NCBI GenBank assembly: GCA_964036045.1
Contig: OZ038378.1
Location: forward strand, 109,120,001 to 109,184,000
Length of the DNA: 64,000 nt
DNA from: Eutreptiella sp. 'Long Island Sound 2002'
Lineage: Eukaryota; Protista; Euglenida
Direction: 5' to 3'
This document shows positions 11,706 to 25,769 of the stretch, piece after piece. The stretch's first letter is position 1; every line of letters starts with the position of its first letter. The translations under genes were made by a program, and so were the position numbers. The notes under the pieces were generated by a model, which worked only from the letters and a program-made list of their open reading frames with translations, made no database searches and was not told the DNA's origin.

Positions 11706-14700
11706 TCCAAAGGCAGGTAATGATGGTAGAATTCATGAATCAAGCAGGCACGTACACTGGACACACGCACCCTTGACTTGATCACATTGTACCACATGTT
11801 TATGCGGGCGGACATTCAGCACTCTAAACAAGCCTTGCAAATCTAATTGATGATTCAAGAAATCATTTCTAATGTTGTTGCCTTCCTAACAAAAGGAGCA
11901 CATACGTTGGAGGTGTTGCACAGAGTGCATGCTTCAGCATTGCTGATGATGGACACCTGCCGAAAACTATGGGGGGTGTCAAGCAAAAACAAGAATATCA
12001 CTGGTGGCACATGATGCATGTCCGCTCAACAGATGACATTGAGGTGGACAGTGACCACCCTTGTAGCTTTGGCTGAAGAAAAATTGATGCTCCCGTTGTT
12101 GATTATCAATCAAAATAAATTGTGAAAAAAAAATTGACAACAATTTTTTGCTACTACAGACCCCAAAGCACAAACTTTGTCAAGGGGCACAATTGGGGTA
12201 CAACCTAATTTGGGTGAGCTTAGGGAGCGTGCAGCTGGTGGAACCTTTGGTTGACTGACCCTGTTTAACACAGCCACCTACCAAGAGCTACTGAATTGCA
12301 AACACAGTACTACTGCACGCGACTGGATTGGGCATTGGGGGTGGGGGGGGGGGGGGACCTAATTGGGGGGGGGGGGGGGGACACACATGGGGCAAATCAG
12401 ACTAGGGTCATCGACAGTATTTTGGCATGGCACAAAGGTTAATTCCCACACACATGCCACCCAACTTGTCCCTAACCCCCAAAACAGGCACAAGAGCACA
12501 TGAATCTAGAAACGTGCGTGGGATGTGTTGGATGTTCTACATGGCTAGAGACCTTGATGATCACTCTGTGCCACGGAAGACCGTGCGGCATCGGTCAACA
12601 ATGCTGTACGTCCGTTGCCAAGGAACAGAGTGCAATGCTCGCGTCTTCCAGCTCCGCATCCTACCGCTGAAGCTTTTCGAGGGGGGGGGTGGGGGTCCCT
12701 GTTAAACACTGACAACTTCGTGCAAGGTGTCAGGTCCTTTAGACATAACACACTAGGTCTTGAGAGAGAACACACACACTTGTGTAGGAACCAACAAATC
12801 ACTTTAGAGAGAACACACACACACACACATGAATTGCAAACAAACGAGCAGCACAACCCTGGGTCCGGATGTCAATTCCTTGTCAGCTGGTCATCAAACA
12901 AGACAAAGCATGTTCAACACCAGTATGCGCCTTTCTGCAGGGACAGGCGCGCAGCAGTGATCTTGTCCTAAGAAGGAAGAAGGACGGTGCTGCCCTATGG
13001 CAGTACCGGCCTGAGCTCACGACGATGTCACCAGGGTATCACACACACACACACACACACAAAATATGTGTGGATATTGGCATATGGGTGTGTGTGTGTG
13101 TGCGTGTGGGTGGGTGGGTGCCGGTGTGGGCTGGTATGGGCTGCGGGAAGCTGGAGTTGGGGGGGGGGGGGGGGTTCGGTGTGTAGGGTGTACAGAGCGC
13201 CAGTGCTTCTCGCGCCTGGGCAGGGGCCGGCAGGATTGCTTCCTGTTGGACTATCCCTGCAGGAAGGCCTGGGCATGGCGCCATTGTGCCGCTACAAGCG
13301 CCTGCCGCGCCAGGCAAGTGGCGTGAGACCACCGAGGAGGGGATGCGCAATCCACCAGAGCGGGCGCCAGGGAAGAGCCCTGAGCAACGCTTTGCGCCTG
13401 GCACGAGGCGCCGCCATGCCTGGCCTGCAGACAGCGGGGCGCTCAGCACTGCTGCCAGCGGGCCCATGAGGGGCACCGTATGGGCCCGGCGCCAAGCACC
13501 ACCGTCTGCACAAGCCGTCCAGGCACGGCTTTAGCCTGCCCCACAGGACACAGACGACCGGCCGCTGGAAGCACCAGCGGGTCTGGCACCGGCACGGGTG
13601 AAGGCTGGGCCCTCAGCCCTGCCATGGCAGCCATGCCGGCAGCTGCCTGCGCCCACACAGGCGCGATCGCCAAACGGCGACAGGTGGCGGACGAGCTGCC
13701 GAGAGTGCGGCCCTGTCATAGACGGCGGGTGCTCGTGGGCAAGCCTGTGCGCAAGCGAGCACCAATGCCAGGGCGCGCTGCACGCAAGGCACCGGCAAGT
13801 GCACGAGTGCACGCATCCACCGCACACGCCACAGGCCAAGCCCCCCCCCCCCCCCCCGCCAACTCCGGGGAGGAGGAGGAGGAGGAGGGACCAGCTTATG
13901 CTTGTTTCCCCGCCGTGGCCAATGTGTTGGGCATGGGAACTCGGGGGACCCTGTATGACTCCCCCTCACAGATTACGAGCCCAATTACCCCCCAGATTAC
14001 GAGCCCAATTACCCCCCAGAGGTACCCCTTGGGTTGGAGGGCCACCCCTGTCATGGTTCATGTCATGGTTCATGATCTGTGCAGACCACTTGTGACAGTC
14101 GGGTATCCACGGGTGTAACGTGGGGCCCTCGCGCCGAGTGGCTCAGCACGTACGCAACTGCCGTCCGGTGCATTGGTATCACTGGGGGAGCACTGCAGCC
14201 AACGATGGTGGATTAGGGTAGTCATGTACCCATTGGCCGCTGAGAGTTTCACACACCGCCTACGCATCCACCGGTAGCCCGAAAGTCCTAGGGGTGGTTA
14301 TGAAACGCTCACAATATATTCACTGTCCTTTGTCACTCAGCAAGGAGGTGTGGCGCCACGGATAGCGAGGGCTTTGGTTGTTGGTATCTGGAAGCCTCGC
14401 CCAACATGGGACGGGAGTTGCGAAGATCCCTTGATAGAACCTGGGCGTGACAAATGCAAAGAGACACGAGGCAAACATGGCAGAGGGCAAAGCAAACACC
14501 ATTTATGATGACAACGTAGCCCATGCTGACATGCAAGTCCACTTCGAGGAGGACAACCGTGATGTCCGCATAACAGTGACGGGGCCGGACACCCACAAGG
14601 GCAAGAGCCCGTTGCATGACAAGACGGAGTGCTGCTTGCCTGTGACTAATGCGCTGATCGGAAGCCAACCAAAGGCTTAGAAAGCGACACGGGTGACCGT

Positions 14701-14715
14701 ACTCAAGGGACCAAA

Positions 14716-17310
14716 CTAGCCGACCATGCTGAGTGAAAGAGGGTAGAGTGGGGTAGGACAGATCAAAGATGCATGGATGCCTGTGAAGAAAGGGGGTGGG
14801 GTCCGACCCTGCAGTAGAGCGGTGGAGAACCGGTACAGAGAATTTGCCCAGGGGCTGTCAGCGACCGCACCTCTAGTAATGGAGCGGGGCATGGAAAGGG
14901 ATATTCCAAAAACCGCAACAATCCATTGTAGGATCGCGGGGTGCGGCCATTGTATGGCCCCGGGGGCGGCGTAGGACCAGCTCGATAGCAAGCGGGCACT
15001 TGGGTTGGGGTGAAACCAGGATAGAACAAGATGTTCATTCCCGGATTCATGGGCGCGATAGTCCGGCAAAGAAGGCAGAGCAGGTAAGCGGTTATGAACG
15101 GCAACCACTGAACGTAGTACAAAACCTAACATGTGTCGTAGGGCACGCCGCGTGATACCTCTGCCGAAAAATCGCTCATCCGCAGGTGCAATGTCACCGG
15201 TAAAACTCACACTGCCATTTGGGTACGCCAAAGGACCCGCGAATGCGGAGGGCCAACCGTAATGCCAAACAGAGAATTTCCATAGAAAATGAGAATACCC
15301 AACGGTGAGACACAATCAATGGACCAACGCTGCGCAAAGTCTGAATTGGCCAAAGCAAGTTGTGCATGTAATGAAACACGAAAGAAGTCTAGGAGCGGGC
15401 AATCATCAGATAATCACGTGGTGTCACTATGGCCCTGCACATGCAGCACGTGGCAAGCTTGTGAGATTTATACAAACCCTGTCGTATCGCCACAACGCGT
15501 AGATGGACATCCCATTTGATGTAACTTGAGATGACAACTTGTTCATACGGAAGCAGGGAGGGGGATGGAGGGGAGTAGGGTACATCCAAATCTGAATGTA
15601 CGCAAGTGGGGACTTTCTTAACCAGAAGAGCCTGCAGATCCTGCACTTGTCGATCACCATGCATGAAAAGGACTAGGAGCTGTTGGAGTTCCGGTATCCA
15701 ACCACAGCGTGGGATTTAGGCTAGACCCTCTTCACGCGCCACGCCATCCACCGCGTCCATCATTTGGTCCAAAAAGGTGCCGGTGAGATGCGAGTACAAG
15801 TGCTAGGGAGGGGCTGTGTGTTGATTCAAAAGGCGACTGGCAGTCAAAAGGGAGGTGACCACAGTGGAGGTGCTATCGTTTCGAGACTCAAGCGCAGTAG
15901 TATAAGATTTGGAATTGTGAGGGACCACGTATTATCACAACGATACCATCGGGCATGAGCTCGAGATCGCAGGACAACCAAGGTTACATATAACTCAGCT
16001 TGCTACGAGTTGTCGCAGTAGATGGGGATGGGGATGCGATACAAGGTGTAATGCTCTGTCGCCACATGGAGGACGGCCACGGCATAAGTGGGCATCGTCC
16101 ACTTGCCACTTGGAAGTTGCCCAATAGAGAGGGCAGTTGAGAAGGGGCAATTGTAGGTCATGATGCAGGACGTGAACCTTGATGGATAATTGGTGGTGAC
16201 ACCGAATCACAAACAAGGAATGGTCATCACAATGCGCCGGACAAACATGGAGAACTCCCCGTGCTAGACACGGCATGTCTAGGTGAAAATGTGTGAGAGC
16301 TTTCAGGAGCCCGAGGCGGGTCGAGGCTTGAACATGCGGATTGGGGTGGTTTAATTGGTGTTGGTATGCGGACATGAATGATAATACCATAGTTGGCAAG
16401 GCATTGCATAAACTAGTCCGGCCGGACACCACTGGGTGTAGAAAAAGTTCGGGGGGGGGGGGGGGTGATCAGCAGGGATATCAAAAAATTTCAAAGACGG
16501 GATGCTACAGGCAAATTGGCCAGCCGCATAGCATGAGAGAGAGGAGGACGCACCGCAGACCTCCACCTCTGGATGCCCCCGGCGACGGCGTTGTACATGT
16601 GCACCGGATAGTGGGCAGGTAGGGTGCCCATGGAAATTGGCGCCGCCGCCCTGCGGCACGAGGCGATGAGTTTGCGAAGGTCCTGCTTCTGAAAAACATG
16701 TGGAACCGCATGTCTCCTAGAAGACGGATATATTCCCCGTCTGCCGGCATGCGTAGGGGCATGCCTCTGAAATGTATGGGTTGCCGGTCAAAAACGATGT
16801 GCTTGCCAAGCATGGTGGTGCCAAAACCAATGGTTTTCGTAGCATTGGAGAACAAACTAGTAAGATTGCCAGCCAGGGGCAGGCGGGATGCAACTTGTTG
16901 AATATCATGACGCGAAGTGCCAATCCATGACGAGTCATCCATCCATCCTAAGTTTCTCAAGGGCCCACCGGGGGTGGCGATGAGACCCGCAGACTGCAGG
17001 ACTAACTGTACTCTTAACTCATTCACCAAACAGCATAGAAGAGCAAAATTGGGGTCGCCTTGTCCCATACCCGCCTCATACATGGCACGCAATTGGCGGA
17101 CTCCATGATGTCCTCCCATGTGTAAGGTAAGGTGCTGAACGGCATACAAAATGAGGTCGGTGAGGGTGGGATGCACGCTTGCAGAGAGGATAACCGAAAG
17201 CAATGTGTCGTGGCTAACCGACCCAAACGCGTGAATGACATCATCCAAGAGCATGAAGGTCCAAAGCCCACTCCACCACCTCTGTTGGACCTAGTCAAAT
17301 ACAACACGTA
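14716..17310 (-). mobile_element. 5'-truncated non-LTR retrotransposon (RT, probable RNase H, C-terminal Cys motif), decayed
   Basis: RT motifs DVIHAFGSV, GMGQGDP and WMDD in ORF 16505..17254. Downstream fragments VKKVPT..H and CCMC. Confidence 0.8.
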
Positions 17311-17327
17311 GAAGGTCTACAACCGAG

Positions 17328-18700
17328 GTGGACCGTTGCACAGCCATCCCGGTGCGGGAAATTCGGCCGTGGCAAACTAGCCAAGATTGCAAGGCTTTGG
17401 TGATCACCATGGAAAACAATTTCCAGGGGACTGAGAGGTTAGACAGGGGACGTCCATTCACTACCACCCCATGTGGCCTCTTTTTCGGTAAGAGGTCCCC
17501 GAAAAAATCCCCAAAATGGAGGGCTTCCACTTTACAACCTGACAGAAGGAGGTTGTAAAAATTTACCAGAATGAATAGGTCCGAACACCTGGTGTGTTGT
17601 GCTGGGAGATCTAAATCAAAATCCGAGCTCTGTTGTAGAATTCCCCCGTGCACCACTGGACATATCTGAGCTGTTCAATCAATTTGTCGTGGAAGCATCC
17701 CTTACACGGGCGGATTTCGCCAATATCTCACCCACATGGGTGGGCTCCCAGGGATGGAGCAATGTTCTCGATTATCTATTACTGCGAATTCCGATTCCCC
17801 TCCCCCCGGCACATATACACTCCTCCCTTCTGATCACTTCCCCGTTTCTCTCTCCCTACCGATGTAACACACTGAACAGGAACCTCCTTTATGGGAGACC
17901 AAGTTTCGGTATCGTCTCCCTGCAAAGGTTCCTTATGCGACACATCGGTGTTTCAACAATTCAATGAGCAATTCAAGCAACATATCCCACCCATGTGGGA
18001 GCACCATCAGAAATTTTCGGCTCAAATAGACAGGTTTCCCGCATGCACCAGATACCGTTTTTGGCTCCCCAGACATATAGGTTCTACCCTTGGTATGGTC
18101 GCCACGCAGCAACGCATCTTGTGTACCTTCCTCCTCCAACACCCACGTTGGTGGTTGGAGTTGCGTCATGTCATCACTTTTTTTGAACTTGCGTGAACAA
18201 ATACACTCATCGTGGCATGTGATCAGCTTGGAACCACCGTTGAGGGTTACCCCTACCTGGGATACATAGGTGGCGCCCTCTGGCTCATCTTACCGGGTAA
18301 TTTATCGTAAGCCGTAGTCACAAGCCTTGGACCCCAAGTACGTTGTTACTATGTCTGTCCCTCCCCACCTACACACGGTTGTGGTCTTGGACCAATTGCG
18401 CTAGCATCACTTGAAGCCCTTTGTCCATTGGATGTCCTCACAAGTCCGCCGTATCATGCAGTGGGAATTCCTGGAGACCCCTTTCCACATTCCATCGGTA
18501 CACCTCCATGCTTTGAGCGCGGCCCGATCCGATGCATCCAGGACGACGCCATATTGTGATCTCATGGAATACCCCATGGTCTTTCTCCTCGATGATGAGC
18601 ATGATGACCGGGGCTTGGGCCCACGAGAGCAGAGGCTTGTAGTTTTCGTACCGTCCTGACACATGGAAATAGAATCCTACTACAAGGGAAAATGTGTTGT
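17328..18700 (+). mobile_element. Non-LTR retrotransposon fragment with APE endonuclease, decayed
   Basis: VLGDLN, SPTW and VLDY motifs in ORF 17599..17967. Downstream fragments are heavily interrupted. Confidence 0.7.
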
Positions 18701-20429
18701 ACATGAAGAACCATACTGCTACACCCGGCCGTTTGACCAAATTTCCGACTTGATATAGATGAAACTGGCTACCCTACATACGAGGATCACAACACCCAGA
18801 CACCTGCGGACACCAACAGAGAAAAAGGCTGTGTAAAGAGGGTGGAAGCGGAAGGCAGAACTGATGGTGCCAATTTACTACAAGATAGAAGCTCCGGAAA
18901 GTCGTGAAATTCTATGAAATGCCGAAGAGGCGATGGTTTAGTTGCTACCATTTGTTAGATATTGAGTGTGAGGAGCTTTATGTTGAAAGAGTGGCACATA
19001 GCTAGAGGAGTAACATGGGGAGTGGAGTCCGGCGTGTCACAATTCCAGTTGTGGTTTATAGAATGTGGGTGTATGAGGTGAATGGATTGCAAGGTGCATT
19101 GCGGAAAGGTGCCTAGTGCCAAGCGCCTCAGAGCACGGGCAACAACTGCGGGGTGGAGAATGGAAATGACAATGGCAAGAGGACGTTCCGAACGTGAGGG
19201 ATGCCCAAGTGAAGAGACCGTGTGGAATATCCATGGTGTTAGCCTCCAAAGATGCTGGATAACATTGTATCTCTGCAGTTCAAGAGGCGATTAGTTGATG
19301 TGACGCACGTATCGGTATAAGTACCATGTGTGTGGTCATGTCGACCAAGCGCTTCAGGGGCGTGTGGGTACCCCAAAATGCCACTACATGACAATTTCCC
19401 TGCGGCAGGAAGGGTAAGGTGAGTGAAGGTCTCTAGCAGAACCTCTCTACCAAAAAGGCAGCCCTCGAGCGACCAAATCACCAGGTCCCTCCGGGGGCGG
19501 CCCTGACCCCAGCATATACTCTTTTGCCCTCTTTGTCTGTTGGTCGGCGAAGCCAACAACGGCTCACCCTATGTGCCCAACTCATTGATAGCTTTCCTAA
19601 AAAATGTGTTCGGACAAAATGAAGTATGTTTCATCACCGACGACCCTCTCAGAGGACACCACAATGGCTCTAAGTTTGGGTACACGGTCATTGGCGCGAA
19701 GCCCACCGCATTTGTCTACGGAGACATCATTTGTGACGCGAGACACATGAAATGTTCTAGGCGTTGGGGACGAATTTAAAAAAACGTTCTACGACGCGCA
19801 CAACGTCCGAAACGCGCTGAACAATTCGTGTGGCTCTAAGGACACATTGAGAGCCACGAATGCAATACGCGTGCAACGCGTACGACGCGCATGACACGTC
19901 GTGTAACAGAGTACCAGTGTTGGGGGGGGGGGGGTCCTCACGGTTGGGTATCCAGCCTACGCGGTTGTTCCACCAAGGTGCTAGCAAATGTGTAAGTTCC
20001 ACCTTGAGCGGGACACCGCCGCGGCCCAGAGCGGCGTACCACTGTCTGCACATCGAGGGCTTGCTCTGCGGGTGGTGGTGTGGTGGCTCTGCTCTTGTCC
20101 TGAGAGCCGAATTGCCTGTTCAACACGTTCGCAGTGTTCCCAGCACCTGTGTAGGCTTTTGATTTCTCTGCTCGGCACTCTGTGCCATGTTGCCTCTGTC
20201 CTAGTCAAGACTAGTTACCCCACACCCACCTCACCGACTGCGACCCCATGTCGTGCTGTGACGTCATGAAGAACCGGAATGCGGCGGTGGTTTTACAAGT
20301 GAAGCAGCAGACATGTATGTTTGCAATGTTCAAGTTGTAGCCTCTGGTTGTGTCCCTGCCGCGTAGTGCCGTGTGCATAGCGTTCTCTACGTTCCGTGCG
20401 TTGCCTCTTCGTATGTCCCTGGTGATTAC

Positions 20430-21749
20430 ACACCTTCTTTGCAGCAGGGCACCATGCTTGGTGGGTCTCCGGCATGTCAGAAGTGTATGACAAAAAGACC
20501 AAAACCAATCATTGGGTTGTAACGTTGACGCATGCCTTCACCTAGACGGTTCGTACAACCAAGTAGAAAGGCCGCAAGATTGAGGGCACAAGATCACAGG
20601 TACATTTTGGTTATTTTCCGGCGTGGAGTGTTTGATTACGAAGTACGACGCTAAGGGTGTCATGCGCGTGTGGGCGAAGATGATCCCTCAGTCCACGGTC
20701 CTTTGTGCGGACAGCTTCTTTGACAGTCATGGGCTTGTGGAGGAATTCGCGGCCCAACATCGGCCGTTTCTCATGCTCTCGAAGCGAGATAAGCAAGGTG
20801 CCGGCCTTACAAGGGCGGCCGCCCTTACCCAGGAGGGAGACGTGGCACAGGCAATCCTGGCCGACAAGAACCATGAACTTGCCGTGTACAAGAACCCGAA
20901 GGTGTGGCACAAACCCCCATGCTTGGTCCCCTTCCTTACCAATTGTTGGTATGGGGAGGAGGTGCCCAAAGACCGGAGAGGGAACCCTCTCCCTCCGGTC
21001 GTAGCATGTTACCGGGAGTTTTCCCGGGCCGTAGATGGTGCCAACCAAATGGCGGTGCAAATGCGCCAACTGGGGAGGCAAATGACCTGGAGCCACGCTG
21101 TGCGTGCCTTCATGGTGCGGTACGCGGCCGGGAATGCCTTTGCCACCGCCAAGGCATTGGGGTTGGTGGACGAGAAGACCACCATGCCGGAATTCCAATT
21201 GGACATCCTCAAGCAGCGGTATTTTAGCGGCGCGGAGTTCAACAACACAACACCAACCGCCGCGGTCCCCACGGTGCATGCACCGAAGAGCTTTGCGAGC
21301 CGACTCTTTGCACGCATTGCCGCAGCGGGAGTACGCGTTGGGCGTGCGGAGCGTGCGGGAAGCACATGCACATCAAGTGCTTCGGCGATGCCCACGACGT
21401 GCAGCGTGTCATTGGCGTGACGGGCCATAACAAGACGGTCAAGGCGGCGGAGGCCTTTGCCATCCAGCAGACGGAGCTCACACATGCATTGCAAAGTGTG
21501 CACAAGCGTTGTAGAACGCTGAAAAAATACTTCACAGAGAAACTGGCGCCAAGGACAATTGTGGCGGCAGACGGCAAAAGAGCGCAAGACACGCGCGACG
21601 TTTTTACCTACTTGTATGGGGTAGTGCAACACATGCAAAACACGCACCACAGTGCAGCCAGGGTTAGCAATGTGGCTCTACACCTAAAACTGATGAAATT
21701 ACAAAAAACCGACAATTCCATTGCGTTCCTCACCCTCAAAAACCCCTAG
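20430..21749 (+). mobile_element. piggyBac-like transposase pseudogene with C-terminal Cys-rich domain
   Basis: CADSFFDS and YREFSRAVDGANQM match piggyBac D2/D3 motifs. After a frameshift: CTHC...WACGACGKHMHIKCF. Termini not found. Confidence 0.75.
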
Positions 21750-22799
21750 AGCCAAGCTAACCTCGACGGAGACATGCATGACAAATTAGGCTCCCCATAG
21801 CCATAGCCAAAGGAATATCACGCAATTCCGCACGGTGGATGGTAGTGCCTTTGTTGTCACTATTCACAAAGCTGATAGACAGCCTGGCGCCAATGGACTA
21901 AGGGAGCTGAACTGGCCGCCAAACGGCAACGAGTACAGGACACGGCCCCTACCCCTACGTCTCCTCTTGCCCCCGGGCCCCTCCATCCCCCCCCCCCCCC
22001 GCAAACACTTACCAAGGAGCACCGACCACATATCCGTATTACTATGCCCCTTCCCAACCAGCAACCCCCTGTTGTCTGATGCCCCCAACCACTCCACCGG
22101 CGGGAGACCGTTGAGCCATTCTAGAAAACGTGCCACGGAGGTGCCTTGGGATGGGGAGGGGGGGAAGGGGGGATGTAGCTGTACCCACGGCTGTAGTTGC
22201 TTCAAGCCGTTAAGGGATGGGGGGGAAAGGTGCAACAGTAGAGGGTTGCCTGGGTACAGAAGCTGTAACATCCGGAAGGTCAAAGCTGACCGTTTTTGCC
22301 CATTGAAGTGAACCCACCAAGGGTTTCCAGTCTATGTCCCTAGGCTCTGACAAGGAAACAATGGCAACAATGAGGGGGATGGACCACAGAAAAAGAGGAA
22401 ACACAATTGAGGTTAACGGATACTTTCCCCGAGGTAGGGCCCGACCGTGCCTTGGACCCATTTGTAGACGTCTTGCTGCCCAAGTTTGATGCCCTTTCCC
22501 ACCACTCCGAGGATGAATTCCATCGACTTCAAATGGAAGCACGAAATATGCAATCCTCGCTCGACCACCTGCGTACCTATTCAACACAACAAGAAAGACG
22601 ACTTGTGTCGGAAAAGGCCAAGTGGCAGGAGGCAGCGGTCTCTGCCAAAGAAGCCCACCTCAACGAAGTGCGCGCGGTACATAAGCGTATTCGTACATTT
22701 GCATCGGACCTCAATGCAACCAAGGCCGAAGTTTAGCGACTCTGTCCCACCCACGCATCCCCCCTGGATATCCATTTGTTAATGGGCAATCTCCGTGTA

Positions 22800-25600
22800 G
22801 TATACACCCACGCGGAACTGCCTCGAGAACCTCTTTTGCAGGCACCTACCGGACTTTCAAGTCTCCGTGATAATCGTGAGAGGAAGGCGTGGCACAGGGC
22901 AGCACGACCAAATCAGTTGGTCCCTCGGCGGATAGGATTTCCGCTGGCTCAACGTCAAAGTTCATGGGGTGGAAAAAGCAATGTTGTGCCCGCGAAACTC
23001 AACGGCATTGCCCGGGGAATGGTGTCTCCACAATTGCGAGGGGGGCAACTTGGTGGAAGGTGCCCGGCTGAGGATGCAGATGGTGGGAGCTGTGGCCCAC
23101 GAGAGCTCGGAATCTCCCATAAGGTCCCACAAACGGGGGTGGATACCGGTATGGTCCATGCTTCACAGCAAGTCGAGAGTGTGGAGGCGGCGTTGATGTT
23201 CAACAGAAGGGGGTAGCGAGGGACACCAGATGCAATGCCAATGTGTACACGGGATGAAGACCAAGACAACGAGTCATACCCGAGGTCTGCCAATGGGCTA
23301 TGGTAAGACGCAGGAACTATGGTGGAGATTTCCTTTGGGAGGTGCCACGGCATCTATAGGGCGTCATGTGGCTGTATGGAGTCCCATAGGCGTCGCGCGG
23401 CAGCCTCACTGATGAAGCTGCTGATGGGCTTCATAATTTCTTTCTGGATGGTTCTGCTATCGCTAGTTAAAGCAGAGGAGAAATTGCCTTGCAACATGCG
23501 CGAAATGGAATTGCATAAGGTGGTAGCATCCATTGCTTTGTGTGTAGGTGACCGGACTCCGAGAAGGGATGCTACCACAGGGTTCTCATGGCCGTGGAGG
23601 TATTCGGAGAGTCTGCGGCCCACAGCCATAGCCAAGAGAACAAAGTGTCAATTGGCCCGGGCACCATCAAAACCGCAATGTAGTAGGATACCTTTGAAGA
23701 TCGGGACTGCTTCCACGGGCCATATGGATTGTAAGTAACCTCGCAGGGCACCCAATCGCAATGTCTGAATGTGCCGCATATTCCCGCCGCTTCATTGTTC
23801 CATAGGTCACCGAGGGCTGCGGTGGCTTGATTGAAAACGTCACGAGTCAAATGGTCATCCCAGTGTTGCAACAGCGTGGCGGCAAGAGCATCGGACGTAC
23901 TGGTGGTGTGCCGTATGCTTTGCAGTAAAGAAGTGTCATAAACCTCCATGGCAAACGAATGCAACAGAAGGAATAAAGATAGACTGTGCCAATGTGTTAC
24001 CAAATAGATCCGACGAATTTGGCCGCGTGTCAGGATGAATTGGAAAAAAAACCAAGACGATCAAGAGCGCACGTAGCGTGCACGGCGTAGAGGCAACACA
24101 CGGATACACACACAGCAATCACAAAAAGGAGGGTGGAGTAGCATCCTAACTTAGGCGAAGGCTAACAGTCTACAAATCTGAAAGAGTTCCCTGGACGAAA
24201 GAAGCAAAGCCCACCGCAAATGGGTGCACATCACACGCGGTGAGTACGGGAAAAGGGTAAATTTTTTGCATCTCAAGGAAGGTTTGGACTGGCATCAGGC
24301 AAATGCATGAGGCACTTCCGTTACAGGGCGGTTGAATTTTGATCTGACTAAATCGGTGGGTACACGAAGGAATGCAAAGTGTTGTAGGTGGGGTTCAGGA
24401 TGCTCATGAACCGGCAGCACAGGGATTGAGGCGGGAATCTATCACATCCAAGTGGTACAAGCGCACCGCCTGTAGGTGTGTGCATGTGCATCAGAGTCGT
24501 GTGTTGCAATATGTTGGGTAACATGGGTGCAAAGAGGCTTGGGGAAGAGCCGGGAACTAAGGGGTCAGGTTGCGGCGTGTAGCTCCCATCGGAGGGGACA
24601 CACCTACAGCATGTTGGGTACACATTGCGCGCAACGAGTGGGAGGCAGGGTCGCCTCCGTGAGAGTAGGCATCAATTTCTTATGGCCACTCAGGGTGGTT
24701 ACGCACGCATTGACACAGGGTGGGGACTTGAGTGTGCGGAGTGCATGAGTAAGAGAATACACGTCGCAGAGATGGGTGCCTGCACAAATGAGTCCAGCGA
24801 CTAGATCGAGTGCACAGACTGGCGTAATTCTTGCCTAGAGCAATACAACGCTGAATGTAGGGAACAATGTTGCACAATAGGGGACTGGGACACATTACAG
24901 AAGATGCCAAAAGGCACGGGTGGTACACAAAAGGTCAAATTGTCACCAAAAGGGGAGAAGGCAAAAAGGGCCATGGCTCAAGACCATGTGGTTCTGTGGG
25001 TTCAACTTGAAGCATGGAGTTCTGCCAATGGTCACTCTATATTGATGCACAGTTAAAGGAGCATGCCTCTGCACGGAGATCTCAAGAACAAGGCGCAAAA
25101 GGCTGCAGCGGGGGCCCCGCATCATCATCCGGGGGCTGCTGGTCGTCCCGGGATGCCACTTTGGATCTTCCACCATCGCACTATAGTCCGGAAGCGCGAC
25201 TAGAAAATCGCGCTGACATTGCAGCAACACGGCAGCACCTTGGAAATGGAATCACCGAAGGCCTTGATGCTAAGTGAAGCCAAAGACCAGTCCATGACTG
25301 GCAGACTGGTCAAAACACAAATGTTAGCGTTGATCATGCAAATGGGTTCAAATGCTCTTCGTGAGTGCAGTTTCAGACGCATGTTGGGCCAAGAGGTATC
25401 CCTTATTTTACTCCATCTTTATGCTTTCATCTTGGTGGGCATCTAGAGCACTCAATTCTCCGACCACACTTTCTCGCTCATCCCTCATACACAGCCATTC
25501 TTGGATACTAATTAATTTGCGTGTATGCTCCTTCGATCATTGCGCTTGGTAAACTTCATGTCAATCCCATCACACAACATTTGGAACTCTCTCCCGCCCA
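22800..25600 (-). mobile_element. Highly decayed non-LTR retrotransposon remnants
   Basis: Chain of interrupted minus-strand ORFs with RNase H-like pieces (WAADS..., HGHENP). Assignment is tentative. Confidence 0.35.
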
Positions 25601-25769
25601 TGCCTTTTCTCATGGGGTGCCCCCGGCACTTGCCCATCTCCACACCCTACATTAATCACACGTAGTATCAACGTGGCATATCTTGGCGCTATATTTCGAC
25701 GTTTTTGAATGGATTTGGGTCTGGTAAACGAAATCACTCCTTCCTATCCTTGCTCCTCTCGACACTCTT

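Noticed and set aside
14340-14680. Protein-like ORF 14447..14680 with an upstream acceptor
   Set aside because: Short, frame-broken and unrecognisable, so no product can be supported.
19540-20270. Short ORFs as the N-terminus or termini of the piggyBac element
   Set aside because: No D1 motif or TTAA-flanked TIRs could be identified.
22407-22736. Coiled-coil ORF as a host gene
   Set aside because: No recognisable family or splice context; it lies among decayed elements.
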